DNA of 64,000 nt. It comes from Macrostomum lignano. Lineage: Eukaryota. Below, one piece after another: positions 39,447-53,769 of this stretch. Location of the stretch: positions 1-64,000 of the forward strand of contig NIVC01002063.1 of the NCBI GenBank assembly GCA_002269645.1, written 5' to 3'. Numbering within the stretch: position 1 is the stretch's first letter; the number at the start of each line of letters is the position of its first letter. A program made the translations under genes and the position numbers. The notes under the pieces are model-generated. The model made no database searches, was not told the origin of the DNA, and worked only from the letters and a program-made list of their open reading frames with translations.

Positions 39447-42096
39447 ATGTCGCAGCTGAATGGTGCTGACAGAATTGACGCGGTTTATCTTGGCTGGCTG
39501 CCGATCGACGCCGAAGCTCCAGCTCTGGCGGCACTCGACGAGCTGCTCAATCAACGATTGGCGATCAACCGATCAGCTGCTGGAAGACTTCGCAGGCACC
39601 GACTGCAGATTGCGACCGGCATAGAAGGCAGCGGCGGCTGTCTGCGAATGTCCGAGTTCAGCAACTCTGACCCTAATGGCGGGCAGCAACGCCAAGTTTT
39701 GGTTCCGTTTGCCGATATCGACTGGGTTGGAATTCATCCGAGAGATTCCATGACGTTCGGGATTGTGCTTAACGGTGAGGACAGGAGCTGACTACTGTTC
39801 TGTGCTGGTTTTAGATTGTCCTGAGTTTGACAACTCGACAGCTTTCTTGAACGGAGGTGTTGTGCTATTCACATTATCAAGGTTGTTTTTTGGGTCGGAG
39901 CTCTGACTTCTCGAGGTTTAAGATCAATGTCAATGTCCTTACCTCAAGGTCATTTGGAAAGTGTGATCTCTCTATCCTCAAGGCCATTCAAAAACGGCTA
40001 TTTCCATAACCCACAAGGTCATTTGGAAAGTGTGATCTCTCTATCCTCAAGGCCATTCAAAAACGGCTATTTCCATAACCCACAAGGTCATTTGGAAAGT
40101 GTGATCTCTCTATCCTCAAGGCCATTCAAAAACGGCTATTTCCATAACCCACAAGGTCATTTGGAAAGTGTGATCTCTCTATCCTCAAGGCCATTCAAAA
40201 ACGGCTATTTCCATAACCCACAAGGTCATTTGGAAAGTGTGATCTCTCTATCCTCAAGGCCATTCAAAAATGGCAATTTCCATAACCCACAAGGTCATTT
40301 GGAAAGTGTGATCTCTCTATCCTCAAGGCCATTCAAAAACGGCTATTTCCATAACCCTCAAGGTCATTTGGACAGTGTGGTCTCTCTATCCTCAAGGCCA
40401 TTCAAAAATGGCAATTTCCATAACCCACAAGGTCATTTGGACAGTGTGGTCTCTCTATCCTCAAGTCCATTCACAGTTTCAATAACCTCAAGGTCATTGT
40501 TGAGTGGTAATTTAAGTCAACAGACCAGGACTTGGTTTCGGTAAAATGACTGTTTTGACTTGTTTAAATCGGACCAATAGCTTTTCTAAATTCAAATTTA
40601 ACCAACCCAGGCTACAACGAAGACTCCAACAGTTTCATGCACGTGCACGCCTGGCAGAGCCTCACTGGAGGTGCCGGAAACTTTGCTGCCAGTTTAGCAG
40701 CAGCAGCCGACGCAGTCGAGGCGCAGCAGACACAGCAGCAGCAGCAGAAGCCGCAACCGAATTTCCAGAAAAAGCCGAGTCACAGTCAGCAGCGGCAGTC
40801 AATGCCAGTTCAGGATAAATTCTGTCTGCACAAGCACGCAGCTGAGAATGGTGGCGCAAAAATTGAGAGCAGCCAGCACTCGGATAGGTGAGTCTTTGGA
40901 AACTCCGAATCCAACTCACGTTCTTTCGTGAGCCTGTCTCAACCGCTAAGCTATAGGACCTAGGCAATAAACAGTCAACGATAAAGGCCTGCTAATTGAG
41001 TTTTCAAGAACAACCAATAAACCAGTAAACAAACAACAAACAAACCAGTAAATAAACAACCAATAAACCATGTAAACAAACAACCAATAAACCAGTAAAT
41101 AAACAACCAATAAACCATGTAAACAAACAACCAATAAACCAGTAAATAAACAACCAATAAACCATGTAAACAAATAACCAACAAACCAGTAAATAAACAA
41201 CCAATAAACCATGTAAATAAACAGCCAACAAACTAGTTAATAAACAACTAATAAACCATTAAATAAACAAGCAACAGACTAGTAAATAAACAACTAATAA
41301 ACCAGTAAATAAACAAGCAACAAACCAGTAAATAAACAACCAATAAACCATGTAAACTAAACAACCAACAAACTAGTTAATAAACAACTAATAAACCATT
41401 AAATAAACAAGCAACAGACTAGTAAATAAACAACTAATAAACCAGTAAATAAACAAGCAACAAACCAGTAAATAAACAACTAATAAACCAGTAAATAAAC
41501 AAGCAACAAACCAGTAAGTAAACAACCAATAAACCAATAAACAAACAACCAAAGAGCTAAACAAAAAAGTAACCTAGAAAACAAACACACAAATTAAACT
41601 AAAATGTACTTAAATAACACACGTCCTAGAAAACAAAACATTTTTTTACCCCAGCAGCACCCAGCCGGCGCCGAACCTGGGCTCCCTGGCGCACTCTCTC
41701 GCCCACGAGCTGCAAAACCGTTTGGATGCTGGCGGCAGCGGTGGAGCGCCGTTGCTGCACCCGCCCAGAGACTACGACACCCTACGCCGGAGCCACGGCA
41801 ACCCGCGGCACTGGCGCGCCGATCTGTCCAACCTATCCAGAAGTAGCCAGGCGCCAAATGGCGCCTACATTCGGCGCCAATCCGTGGTCCAACTGTCAGA
41901 ATCGGCGCCAACAAAAGCCGACCAAGAAGAGCCGGCGCCAGATTACGACTACGACTACGACGAGAATGACGACGAAGACTACCGACATCTTGACTACGCC
42001 GAGTCGGAATTTGAGCGACAGAAGCGTCTCAGTGACGGCGGCGGCAGCGGATCAACCAGAGCAACGACGGGCGATGTCTGGGCTTGGCGGAGCTGA
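39447..42096 (+). CDS. Uncharacterised protein with a PTB/PH-like N-terminal domain; exons 39447-39774, 40611-40887, 41655-42096; about 348 aa (may have upstream exons)
   Basis: Phases join (1047 nt). AVYLGWLPI...IDWVGIHPRDSMTFGIVLNG|YNEDSNSFMHVHAWQS...FAASL resembles the PTB beta-strand pattern. The C-terminus has ELQNRL...PLLHPPRDYDTLRR and a Tyr/Asp-rich PDYDYDY segment. Confidence 0.6.
39945..40480. repeat. 69-bp minisatellite in intron 1 of the PTB-like gene
   Basis: About 7-8 units of caaggtcatttggaaagtgtgatctctctatcctcaaggccattc...; 23-aa periodic spurious ORF. Confidence 0.92.
41010..41560. repeat. About 23-bp A/C-rich minisatellite (aaacaaccaataaaccagtaaat) in intron 2 of the PTB-like gene
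   Basis: Direct reading. Confidence 0.9.
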
Positions 42097-42510
42097 CTCT
42101 GATGATTGCTTGGAATTTCAATTTCCTATCGATCTGCATCAAGTCAAGTCAAACTGTCAGAATTGATTCTAGGAAATGATCAGAAATTGTGATTGTTTGC
42201 ATGATTTCCGGAGCAGTATAGAATTAGAAACATGTCAGGGATCAACAATGCACTTTTTTGGGTCTAATTCGTACTACATGTAAATAACATTCTTAGTCAG
42301 ACGTCTAAGTCTTACCTGATCCAGGCGTCGGCAACCTCCGGCCCCTGAAGCCTCCCATTTATCACTTTACTCGCTTCTCTACGAGCGTATTCCCTCTTCG
42401 CTCTCACACCTCCTCTGGCCCACAGTCTTGCACCACGGTTTCTCTATCTGGCCTCTCGGGTAAAAGTTGCCGACCAGACTTTTAAAACTTTTTTGGATAA
42501 TTGGTTTATA

Positions 42511-42790
42511 TATACATGCATAAATGCGCATTGCGCAACACCCGGCCGAGCCGGCCTGCTTGAGAGGTCCGCCCAGCCGCCCGCAAAAATGCCCACCCAA
42601 AAATACAGACGTAGTACCAATTAGATGCCGAGGCACTTGGCCTAAATGATACAGTTATAGTTACTGCTGCCGTTTACCCAAAATTATGTTTAATTTTTGT
42701 TTAGGTTTCTTTCATAGGTGAGTCGCATTTTTGGTCAAGAAGTAAGACGCACGGCCGGTGTAATTCAGGGGAGGGGAGTTGCGCATGTAT
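42511..42790. mobile_element. MITE-like dispersed repeat, copy 1
   Basis: Shares cggccgagccggcc...caaaaatgcc.acccaaaa...gatacagt.atagttact with 47906-48148. Ends atacatgc..gcaac / gttgcgcatgtat. Confidence 0.6.
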
Positions 42791-43369
42791 GATACATGTA
42801 ATAAATACCTAAATTAGTCCTTATCTTAAGGGCTTACTTTTAAAATGACTTACATTCTCTTATTGTTAACCTGATTCTTTGTTTCTCAGGGACTCTTTAG
42901 GGGTAACAGCTGCGATTTTCTGTTCTCCATTCCAGATTTTCTATCGCTGTCATTATTTTTGCGATTTCATTATTAAGGAAGCTGCAAAAGTATACTGAAT
43001 TTGGACAAAACTGTCAATTATATTATTCAACAATCACATCACATATTTGGTTGCTGCTGAAGTGTAAATACTTTTTTAAGTAGCAGCAACCGTTATTTTG
43101 TTCATTATTTGTCTTTGTAGATATCCAACAGAAATTGACTTGAGATAAGCGGGGGAAGAGAGGGAGAGTGGGGACAGACGGGTTAGAGAGAAAGGAGAGG
43201 GGAGAGAGAGGAGGGAGATGGGGGAGAGCGGAGAGAAGGGGAAAGGAGAGAGGGAGAGAAGGGAGAGAGGAGAGGGGAGAAAAGGGAGAGAGGAGAGGGG
43301 AGAGAAGGGAGGAGAGGGGAGAGAAGGGAGAAGAGAGGGGAGAAGAGAGGAGGGGAGAGAAGGGAGAGA

Positions 43370-44005
43370 GTAGAGGGTAGATGCGAGAGGAGAGGGTAGA
43401 TGCGAGAGGAGAGGGTAGATGCGAGAGTAGAGGGTAGATGCGAGAGGAGAGGGTAGATGCGAGAGTAGAGGGTAGATGCGAGAGGAGAGGGTAGATGCGA
43501 GAGGAGAGGGTAGATGCGAGAGTAGAGGGTAGATGCGAGAGGAGAGGGTAGATGCGAGAGGAGAGGGTAGATGCGAGAGGAGAGGGTAGATGCGAGAGGA
43601 GAGGGTAGATGCGAGAGTAGAGGGTAGATGCGAGAGTAGAGGGTAGATGCGAGAGGAGAGGGTAGATGCGAGAGGAGAGGGTAGATGCGAGAGGAGAGGG
43701 TAGATGTGAGAGGAGAGGGTAGATGTGAGAGGAGAGGGTAGATGCGAGAAGAGAGGGTAGATGCGAGAGGAGAGGGTAGATGTGAGAGGAGAGGGTAGAT
43801 GTGAGAGGAGAGGGTAGATGCGAGAGGAGAGGGTAGATGCGAGAGGAGAGGGTAGATGCGAGAGGAGAGGGTAGATGCGAGAGGAGAGGGTAGATGTGAG
43901 AGGAGAGGGTAGATGCGAGAGTAGAGGGTAGATGCGAGAGGAGAGGGTAGATGTGAGAGGAGAGGGTAGATGCGAGAGTAGAGGGTAGATGCGAGAGGAG
44001 AGAGA
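43370..44005. repeat. 19-bp minisatellite (agaggagagggtagatgcg) after a GA-rich tract
   Basis: Direct reading. Confidence 0.95.
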
Positions 44006-44649
44006 GACAAAACGTGAATATTCTCAGCGATCCGACTAAAAAAACAATTTAAACTACAGCTAACCATAGCAATTTTGGTTACTGTTGAAATGAATCAATA
44101 AAGTAGGTTTTAAAAAAATCACAGGCGGCTAGAGTTATTTATGAGTATTTGTTTATCTTAATTCCTGAAATTAGAAAAATAACAACCCTTATTTATTGAT
44201 GTCCGATTCACAATAAAAATAGCGCAGTCAATCCGATTATAATGTTAAAGAATTACCTTAAATGAATACAATTAATTACTGATTAATGCTTTCAGTGTAA
44301 ATTATTACAGAATAGAAGTCTTCAAAACGACAAATTATTAAGGAAACAGATAAATTCAACTCTATTCGACAAAAAATTAAAATTTATTTAATCGATTTTC
44401 GGATGAAAAAATGCGAATTTAGTACTTAAACTTTCTCGCGCAGTAGTATTTCTGCACATTTAATAGAAGTACGAAGAAAAACTTTAATACATTTCTTACG
44501 CGATCACTAATTACGGAATAACCAAATTACACAACACCAACAATTACGAGCGTACATTTCAGCGACCGATTTGACTGGCCAATGTAAATAAAGCAACACT
44601 TTACTGTAAGTAATATGCAGGAGTAAATAAGTAGTTATTTTAACAGAAA

Positions 44650-45090
44650 ATTCGAGGGCGATTATTTCAACAGAGAGATTTGAGGGCGATTATTTTAATA
44701 GAGAGATTTGAGGGCGATTATTTCAACAGAGAGATTTGAGGGCGATTATTTTAATAGAGAGATTTGAGGGCGATTATTTTAATAGAGAGATTTGAGGGCG
44801 ATTATTTTAACAGAGAGATTTGAGGGCGATTATTTCAATAAAGAGATTTGAGGGCGATTATTTTAACAGAGAGATTTGAGGGCGATTATTTCAATAGAGA
44901 GATTTGAGGGCGATTATTTCAATAGAGAGATTTGAGGGCGATTTATTTCAACAGAGAGATTTGAGGGCGATTATTTCAACAGAGAGATTTGAGGGCGATT
45001 ATTTCAACAGAGAGATTTGAGGGCGATTATTTCAACAGAGAGATTTGAGGGCGATTATTTCAACAGAGAGATTTGAGGGCGATTATTTAA
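44650..45090. repeat. 28-bp minisatellite (agagatttgagggcgattatttcaacag)
   Basis: Direct reading. Confidence 0.95.
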
Positions 45091-45311
45091 AAGATATTTA
45101 AGGGTAGCCATCAAACCTTATATGTCAGCTGGTTGAGGATTTTAATTAAATTAGGGTGATTATTTCAGAAAGACAGTTGAAATACTACTACTGTAATAAG
45201 AAATAATCAGTAGTAAGTTTGCATGGAAGTAGCAGAGAGAAGTTTAGTTGACTTTATTAGTTGAAAGCTCTCCAAGTTGAATTAGACAAGCCAGTTAAAT
45301 TGTTGATTGAG

Positions 45312-48300
45312 TCAGGAGGAGGCGGCGCAGCCGCTGTGGTTCTCCTTATTGCCCAGACCCAGCTGCTCCGCCGAGGTATCCGAAGCTCCTCCCGCCGCCG
45401 CCGACGCACCCGACGAAGTGGACAAGTTGCTAAAGGTCAGTCGAAGAGCGCCGGACGCTGTCACAGTCGGATTAGCGGCGCCGCTGGCTACAGGCAAATC
45501 TTCAGTTGGTTCGCCACGACGGCGCCAGATGGCGGAGCGCCAGGCGACTTGAAGGAGACGGTCGCCACCATCTGGTGCAGACCACTCGGCCGGGTGGCGG
45601 TCAGACAGGTGGTCCTGCACGGGGCAATTAGACTAACTACAACTGCTGTTTTAAACAACTCTATTGTGGCGCTAAACTTGGAGATGAATGTGGCGCAAAA
45701 CTTAGAGGTGTGGCGCCAAACTTAGAGATGAATGTGGCGCAAAACTTAAAGGTGTGGCGCCAAACTTAGGGATGAATGTGGCGCAAAACTTAGAGATGAA
45801 TGTGGCGCCAAACTTAGAGGTGTGGCGCCAAACTTAGAGATGAATGTGACGCAAAACTTAGAGGTGTGGCGCCAAACTTAGAGATGAATGTGGCGCCAAA
45901 CTTAGAGGTGTGGCGCCAAACTTAGAAATAAATGTGTCGCCAAATTTAGAGATGAATGTGGCACCAAACTTGGAAATGTATTTGGCACCAAATTTGAAAA
46001 TAAGTGTGGCGCCAAACCTGGGAGATGAATGTGGCGCCAAACCTGGGAGATGAATGTGGCGCCAAACTTGGAGATGAATGTGGCGCCAAACCTGAGAGAT
46101 GAATGTGGCGCCAAACCTGGGAGATGAATGTGGCGCCAAACTTAGAAAATAAAAGTGGCGCCAAACCTGGGAGATGAATGTGGCACCAAACCTGGGAGAT
46201 GAATGTGGCGCCAAACCTGGGAGATGAATGTGGCGCCAAACCTGGGAGATGAATGTGGCGCCAAACTTGGAGATGAATGTGGCGCCAAAACTGGGAGATG
46301 AGTTTGGCGACACTTCTCCCTGTTTTGTCGCGAGAGCTTGGAGAATGTGGCGCCAAAGCCTGGAACAAAATTAGACACAAGAACGCACCTGCAGTTTGAG
46401 CGCAGACCTGGCCCAGCACCGCACGGGGCAGTACAGGCACGGCAGGTGGATGGCCACATCTGGGTGCTCGTCTTGAGCGTGCAGACTCGCTCCGCCTATG
46501 GTGATAAAGCTCGCCGCGCAGACTGGGCATTTGTAACCGCCCGGAGTTGGTCCCGTTGCTAATAGCAACGAGGAATGGGTGGCGGACAAGTGCTGCGGCT
46601 GTTCCCGGTCTCCGTGACTGCTGCCATTGCCAGCAACCGATGTAGAGGCTGCTGGGTCTCGTTTGCCTAGGAGTATCAACGAATGTTTGAAAGGATAAAC
46701 TATGTCAGATTTCATTCAGGGAAAATGTCAGAAATGATGTTTCGAAAATAGCAGGAGTGTTTCTAAGAAAATGACAGAAATGATTTCTTGAAAATAGCAG
46801 GAGTGTTTCTAAGAAAATGTCGGAAATGATTTTTTGAAAATAGCAGGAGTGTTTCTAAGAAAATGTCAGAAATGATTTCTTGAAAATAGCAGGAGTGTTT
46901 CTAAGAAAATGTCGGAAATGATTTTTTGAAAATAGCAGGAGTGTTTCTAAGAAAATGTCAGAAATGATTTCTTGAAAATAGAAGGAGTGTTTCTAAGAAA
47001 ATGTCAGAAATGATTTCTTGAAAATAGAAGGAGTGTTTCTAAGAAAATGTCAGAAATGATTTCTTGAAAATAGAAGGAGTGTTTCTAAGAAAATGTCAGA
47101 AATGATTTCTTGAAAATAGAAGGAGTGTTTCTAAGAAAATGTCGGAAATGATTTTTTGAAAATAGCAGGAGTGTTTCTAAGAAAATGTCAGAAATGATTT
47201 CTTGAAAATAGAAGGAGTGTTTCTAAGAAAATGTCAGAAATGATTTCTTGAAAATAGAAGGAGTGTTTCTAAGAAAATGTCGGAAATAATTTCTTTGAAA
47301 ATAGAAGTGTTTCTAAGAAAATGTCAGAAATGATGTTTCGAAAATAGCAGGAGTGTTTCTAAGAAAATGACAGGAATAATTTCTTGAAAATAGCAGGAGT
47401 GCTTCTAAGAAAATGACAGGAATAATTTCTTGAAAATAGCACGTGTTTCTAAGAAATTTGATGATCAAACAGCGATTCTCTAAGAGTGCAGTTCAAGTTG
47501 TCTTTACTAACCGACACTGTGCGCCAGGCGCCGTCCAGAGCGCGAGCGTTTCGAGCCGCCAAAGAAGGCCGATCTGGCATGCCGGCGCGGTGGCATTTTG
47601 CAGCGCTTTTTAGCCTGAGAGCAGCTCGAATCGCTAATGTTGTTATTATTATTGTTGTTATTGTTATTGTGGTGATTGACGATACTTCCGGTGGAAGTCG
47701 GATCCGACAGTCTCACCCGATGATGCACACGTTCTCGCTCTCGCTGCTCAGCCAGTTCCATCTGTGAAATTTTGATTTGTTAATTCAAAGAAAAATTTTT
47801 TATAGTTGGCTTTAGTCGGTCATGTCTCTAAGCCTTGGTACTAAATCATTTGTCTTACATTTTACATTTTGCTACATCCTGCACTTTAGTCCTAATACTC
47901 GTAATCATACATGCGCAACACACGGCCGAGCCGGCCGGCGAGAGGGCCCCAGCCTAGGTAAGTCGCAAAAATGCCAACCCAAAATATAGACAAAGTACTA
48001 ATGAGATGACGAGGCATTTTGTCTTAATAATACAGTCATAGTTACTCCTGTAAGTGTTCGTAAAATTTCGTAAGTGTTTTTTTACAGGTAATTCGCATTT
48101 TAGGTCAAAAAACCGCACGGCCAGTGTAAATCAGGTGTTGCATGTATGTTCGTTATATTAAATATAGTTCTACAGCCAGCCAGTGCTTGTTGATCACATA
48201 GTTCGTTCATTGTTTTTATCGGTTACTGTTTTTTCTAATATTATTTTTCAAAGCATTTTTTGCTGACGAGTACTCAGCCGGGTTTTTTGGAAGGACATAT

Positions 48301-49247
48301 ACCCAATTATTGATTATCTATCAACTATGAGTATTGAGCAGCCAGTGCTAGTAGTGACATCCAGCTACTCTTTAGTTTTGTCGGTCAATAACGAATCGAC
48401 CTTAAGCTTAGTCGTTTTGGTCCCAGATTTATCGCTTGCTGTTTTTTTCTTTGCGACTTAGCGTCAAAAAACGCGCACTTGCGAAAGAAGGCGGCGACAC
48501 AAGCAACTGTGCTCACTTTCAACAACAAATCGTTAGGAATTCTAGCGGTCTCAGGCGTTACACCGTGCCGCATTCGCAGATGCACCAAACAATCCGTGCT
48601 GGTTGGAAACACCAGCCTACAAGCTGGACAATGACGAGCAGCCTTGGTGCTGCGCTGGGACGAATGCAACCATTCAAGATGAGTCTCCAGATGAAGCAGG
48701 CTCGGCAGCTGCAGAGAGCACAGACAGCAGACTAGACGCTTCACATCGCAGTCAGTTCGTTTACCCAGCCTCCTATAAGCTTCATCGTCAAATTCTGGAG
48801 CAGCGGAAGCGCTGTCGGAATTTTCTGCTGCATTGTTATCTTCATCGGTGGCGGCTGATGGGAGACAGGCCTTCCTTCTGGTCTCCATGCGGACGTAACC
48901 GACTGGATCACGGGGTTGAACAACAACTATGGGAGATGACGGCGGCTCCTGGACCTGATGCTGCTGGTGGTGCGGCGGCGGGGCTGAAGACGGCCGAGCA
49001 ACCTCCTCCGTTAGCGCTGCTGGCAGCTTTAAATGCATCGTTATCGGTGCTTCCTTCGATCCCGACTGTTTTATCTGCTTGTCGTCTCGGCTTAACGTCT
49101 CTTGATGCTTTTGCATCATCTGCTGCTGCATTCCCAGACTGTCCTTGAAGTCTTTGCCACTCTCGTTGCAGAGTCTGCTGCAAAAGTCTACAAAGCCTCT
49201 GCAGGTTCTTTGTTGAGTTGTTGAAGTCTCAGACTGAGTTGCCATTG

Positions 49248-49278
<31 letters not shown>

Positions 49279-49574
49279 AGGTTGCTGGTGACAAAACTGA
49301 CGCCTGTGACAGATGAAGTTTGGCAAGCCCCGGAACAGACTTCGGCAGTCCTGGAAGAATCAGAAAGAGGTTAAAATTAAAAAAAAAAATAAATACCTAA
49401 AAATATACATATTGCAGCTCAATTGATACTTACACTGCACTCCAGAATAATATTGCAACCACTAGATAAGTAGTGCTGGATTTCTTCAGTGCCATCAATT
49501 AGTGCTGAAATCACCTGTTGTAGTAGTGGCTTCTCTGCATTTATTGGAGGCAATATTTGGGATGTGTCTTCCAT
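45312..49574 (-). CDS. ZNF800: ZNF800-like C2H2 zinc-finger protein; exons 49574-49434, 49350-48517, 47761-47512, 46666-46389, 45614-45312; about 601 aa
   Basis: PLLQQVISALIDGTEEIQHYL...[26 protein letters not shown] matches the ZNF800 N-terminus as I recall it ([38 protein letters not shown]). Further fingers CCLC..HLEWLH, CPAC..HLRMRH, CPVC..HAQDEH and CLYC..HLSDRH. All phases join (1806 nt). Confidence 0.82.
45670..46360. repeat. About 19-24-bp minisatellite (gagatgaatgtggcgccaaactt) in ZNF800-like intron 4
   Basis: Direct reading. Confidence 0.9.
46720..47455. repeat. 46-bp minisatellite in ZNF800-like intron 3
   Basis: gaaaatgtcagaaatgatttcttgaaaatagcaggagtgtttctaa units. Confidence 0.95.
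47906..48148. mobile_element. MITE-like dispersed repeat, copy 2 (ZNF800-like intron 2)
   Basis: Termini catacatgc...gcatgtatg; homologous to 42511-42790. Confidence 0.6.
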
Positions 49575-51769
49575 TTTAGGACTGAAAATTATAGAATTTG
49601 ATTGAAGAACTCTATTAGTTATAATAGTTGATTACAATAAATATAATAGACTTAGTAAAAAAACAATGAAGCTTGTGTCTATAAAATACTTCCCTAAATT
49701 AGAAATAACTATATTTTTTAAACAAAAAACAGACTACCAATTGTTTGTTCTTAATAATACAAAGCTATTTTCAATTATATAAAATAAATAATTTAATTCT
49801 AAATATAGAAATTTTAACCGAAATATAAAAAAAAAATTTCTATTTAGAATTTTAAGTTGATTAATATATGTATGATTAGAAAAAGCATATTAAACTTGAT
49901 AAGCATAGTTAGGCTTATAATAGGGCTTAGGGCTAGGCTTATTTTAATTTAAAATAAGGCATAGGTCAGTTAAACTTAATTATTAATTAATAATAATATA
50001 TCAGTATCAAATTTGCATTTGAAATAGTATATAAATCTATTCAAAAGCTTCAAAAGCTTAAAGTTTAAATATATTTAAATTTATGACTAAATACTATGCC
50101 TATGGAATAGTATAAAAACTTAGCTTATTTATTTTATATCTATAATTTAAACTATACAATATAGATAAATGATTTATTTTCTATGAATTTTGATAAAAGT
50201 TTAGTTAGGTCTATTTGAGTTAAACCCATAATTACTATTGTGCACTTACATTTAAAAGGCAAAGAAAGGCCTTGTAGGCCTACTCATTTAATTTTGCAGC
50301 CTCCTCTAAGTCTAGAATTTGTCAACTAAAACAAAAAGATACAATTCGCACTTGCAAGTGGTGCCAGTTATCTTAAATTAAATATCAACAGTAAAAAGTT
50401 CTAACCTGTGCTCCATTTTTACTAAGAAAGTGAAAATTTTGATTATTGTTGTATTTGACATTATGTCATATATGATTATTAAGCACGAACATTATAAAAA
50501 TGGCTACCAAAGATTAGGCCATGCAGTTATACATAATGATATGTCAATGTCACACATGCATAGGCCCCTAGGCTGATTATTATATAACGCAAGTATAACT
50601 AATTAATAGTAGGCCTAATCTTAGCAACATTAGTACGCCAAATAAGTAATTTATTTACGCGCTGTTAAAAAGCATTTAAAGTTAGCCACTAGGCTACACA
50701 TTTTCGTAAGAAAATTCACAATGCAAGATAGATATTGATTTATGATTACGTCGTATACTTCGATTTAACTATTCAACTAATAGAAAAAGTAGCTCGTTTC
50801 ACTACAATAGAAAGCTTTCTTGATGCATAACTACCTAATTTATACTTATGAAGCAACAGACAAACAGTTAATTCCTATTGAAGCTCTTGCCGGTAACAGA
50901 TTTGTTTTTTGAGCTGTATGCGCAAATACAAGCGGCAGCGTTTCAAAAATCTAGTCAAGACGTGGATCAATATAAACTTCTACATTAGACCTGAACGAAG
51001 TTTGATCAAAAAGGAGCTCGAAAAGAGCCCTAATTAAAAAACTGAAGGAGTGGGTTTTATAGATCAATAGCCACTAAAGTCTCACCACAACGCCAACAGC
51101 AGACCGTGCTAGTTGTTGAAAAATTGTGTAAAAAGCCAGCGTCGGCAAAAAAGCAAGGTCCCCAACTTGGTAGTTTATATATGAACCTTGGTAATTCATA
51201 ACATCCAATCATAGCAAATGAACATACTGTAATACTACTTATAGTGTTAAGCATTTACGCATCTAAGAATTTTTCGAGAGCTCATGACTTCGAGTTAAAA
51301 TTAATTCATTAATTTACTTGAGCATGAGATATTGAGTGGTACATTCTATGCTTGATTTTCTTAGCTTAAAGTAAGTTTGTGAATCAGGTAGCCAAAGTAC
51401 ACTGTCGGAGAAGGATATAAGCTAGTAGGGTTTAAGCACGGCTGGGTTGAACTAGCTGAACATCCTGGCAGGTGGGAAATTCTTAAAGATGGAAGATTTT
51501 TTAGATGGAAGACTCTTTACAATAGGAGATTCTAGAATCCAGAATTCAAGAAAATTATTTCATTTACTGGAAAATGAACAGATTCTTGAAAATGGGGATC
51601 GGCTCCAATTAATTGTCCCGATCTTGTCGACGAGAATCGATTCTTAAAAATCGGGCTCACTCAAACAGGATAGATTGAGGGATTATTGAATCTTGAATTA
51701 TCGAATTAATAATAATATTGAATTATTATTGAATTGAGTGCAGCCCACCGAGCTACTGTACTGCTGCGC

Positions 51770-52315
51770 TAGTCCATACGGGGTAACGCCAGAGACCGAA
51801 AGGCTCATCTAAACAGAGCTTCCGCGTTGTCAGCAGTTCGTCTAACCTCGGCGGTCTGGTTCCTGGCGTTCCGGCGCCGCGGGCTTGCCTAGACTGCCTT
51901 TCGTTCTGTGAGGGCAGTCCTGCAATCCGAGGCCATACCTGGACCGCTAGAGGGCGGCGTTGTTCCAGGCGGTGATCGAGACCGTCCTGCTGTACAACGC
52001 CGATACATGGACGCTGACGGAGTCGCTCGAGCAACAAGTTGACGCGGCGCACGCTGGCCTGCTGCGCGCTGCCTCCAAGATCGGCTACGAGCGAGTGACC
52101 AACGCGGCTTTGTATTACCGCGCCGGCCTGGTCCGTCCAAGCAACCTGTTGCGCCGTCGGCGACTCCAGCTGGCAGGCCACATCATCCGCGCCGAGTCGT
52201 ACCCGGCGCCCCGGATTCGGCCGGCGGCGTGGCGTTCGTTCGCGACCTGGCCTTGAGGCGCGCCCTGTGACGCTGAACGCGTATTCTGTTGTTGTTGTTG
52301 TTGTTGTTGTTGTTG
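51770..52315 (+). mobile_element. 5'-truncated RTE-like non-LTR retrotransposon 3' end with a (GTT)n tail
   Basis: LGGLVP...RRRGLA*TAFRSVRAVLQSEA...LFQAVIETVLLYNADTWTLT...RRRRLQLAGHIIR is the RT thumb/C-terminal region. A (GTT)n run lies at about 52286-52314. Confidence 0.85.
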
Positions 52316-52884
52316 AAGATAATAGACTCTTGACGTCTTGGTGAGATTCCAGATTACTCAATCCTAACAATTCAGGTTAATTTCATTCACACCAAATTGT
52401 TTAATTGAGCCCTGTAGTACGAGCCAAAGAGTTTGTTGCGTAATAAAGCCATATGCAACTTTTTATTGGCAAACCGTACGAGTTGCCGCAGTGGCACCAG
52501 CAGCTGTACTTCACGAGTTTAAAAAAATTAGCATGCATTATGTTACTCTGTAGTATTAATTATATATAGTTGTGTAGTGAGACTTGTCGGGGACAAAACA
52601 AGGCGCAGCAGACACGCTCCAATCAGCGGTCTGCAGCCCCCAAAACAGGAACAGAAACTATAAAAAGTCAGCGAATAGAATATGGTCGAGTTGCTTTAGA
52701 ATAATCAGAACGTTTGTGACTGACCGCGTCTTCTAAACTTCATTAGAAGCCTTTTGAAATTACTGCAGCGACTAAACTGTACTTCAGTCCTTTCAATGCA
52801 TGTATTGCATAAGGGATTAAAGTACTTTTTTATAGACTAAAATACAGTAAACATTGAATTTCATTAGATGAAGAAAAGCTTTCC

Positions 52885-53527
<643 letters not shown>

Positions 53528-53769
53528 TATCTCTTGTGTTATCGCGTTTATCATCAAAATCTTGTGGTCAGAATTCTGAAAGCAGCATGTCTTATATGCA
53601 GCTCTCATTGGTTGGAAGCGATCTCACAGCACTTCCACCAATAATTGGAAGCCAGCAGACCCAGCATCTCTTCTTCATCCATTCCCAGTCACTAAGGCCG
53701 TTATTTAAATAGTATTCTTTAAAAAGTCATTCCACTAAAGCAAATAAATCAATCCATCTAGGCGTAAAA

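Noticed and set aside
39813-39880. Possible extra exon (DCPEFDNSTAFLNGG...) in the PTB-like gene
   Set aside because: Would change phase and has no good donor; direct 39774-40611 splicing gives the better reading.
39927-40544. 205-aa ORF of 23-aa repeats (QGHLESVISLSSRPFKNGYFHNP)
   Set aside because: A 69-bp unit without stops in one frame inside an intron; flanking exons join in phase without it.
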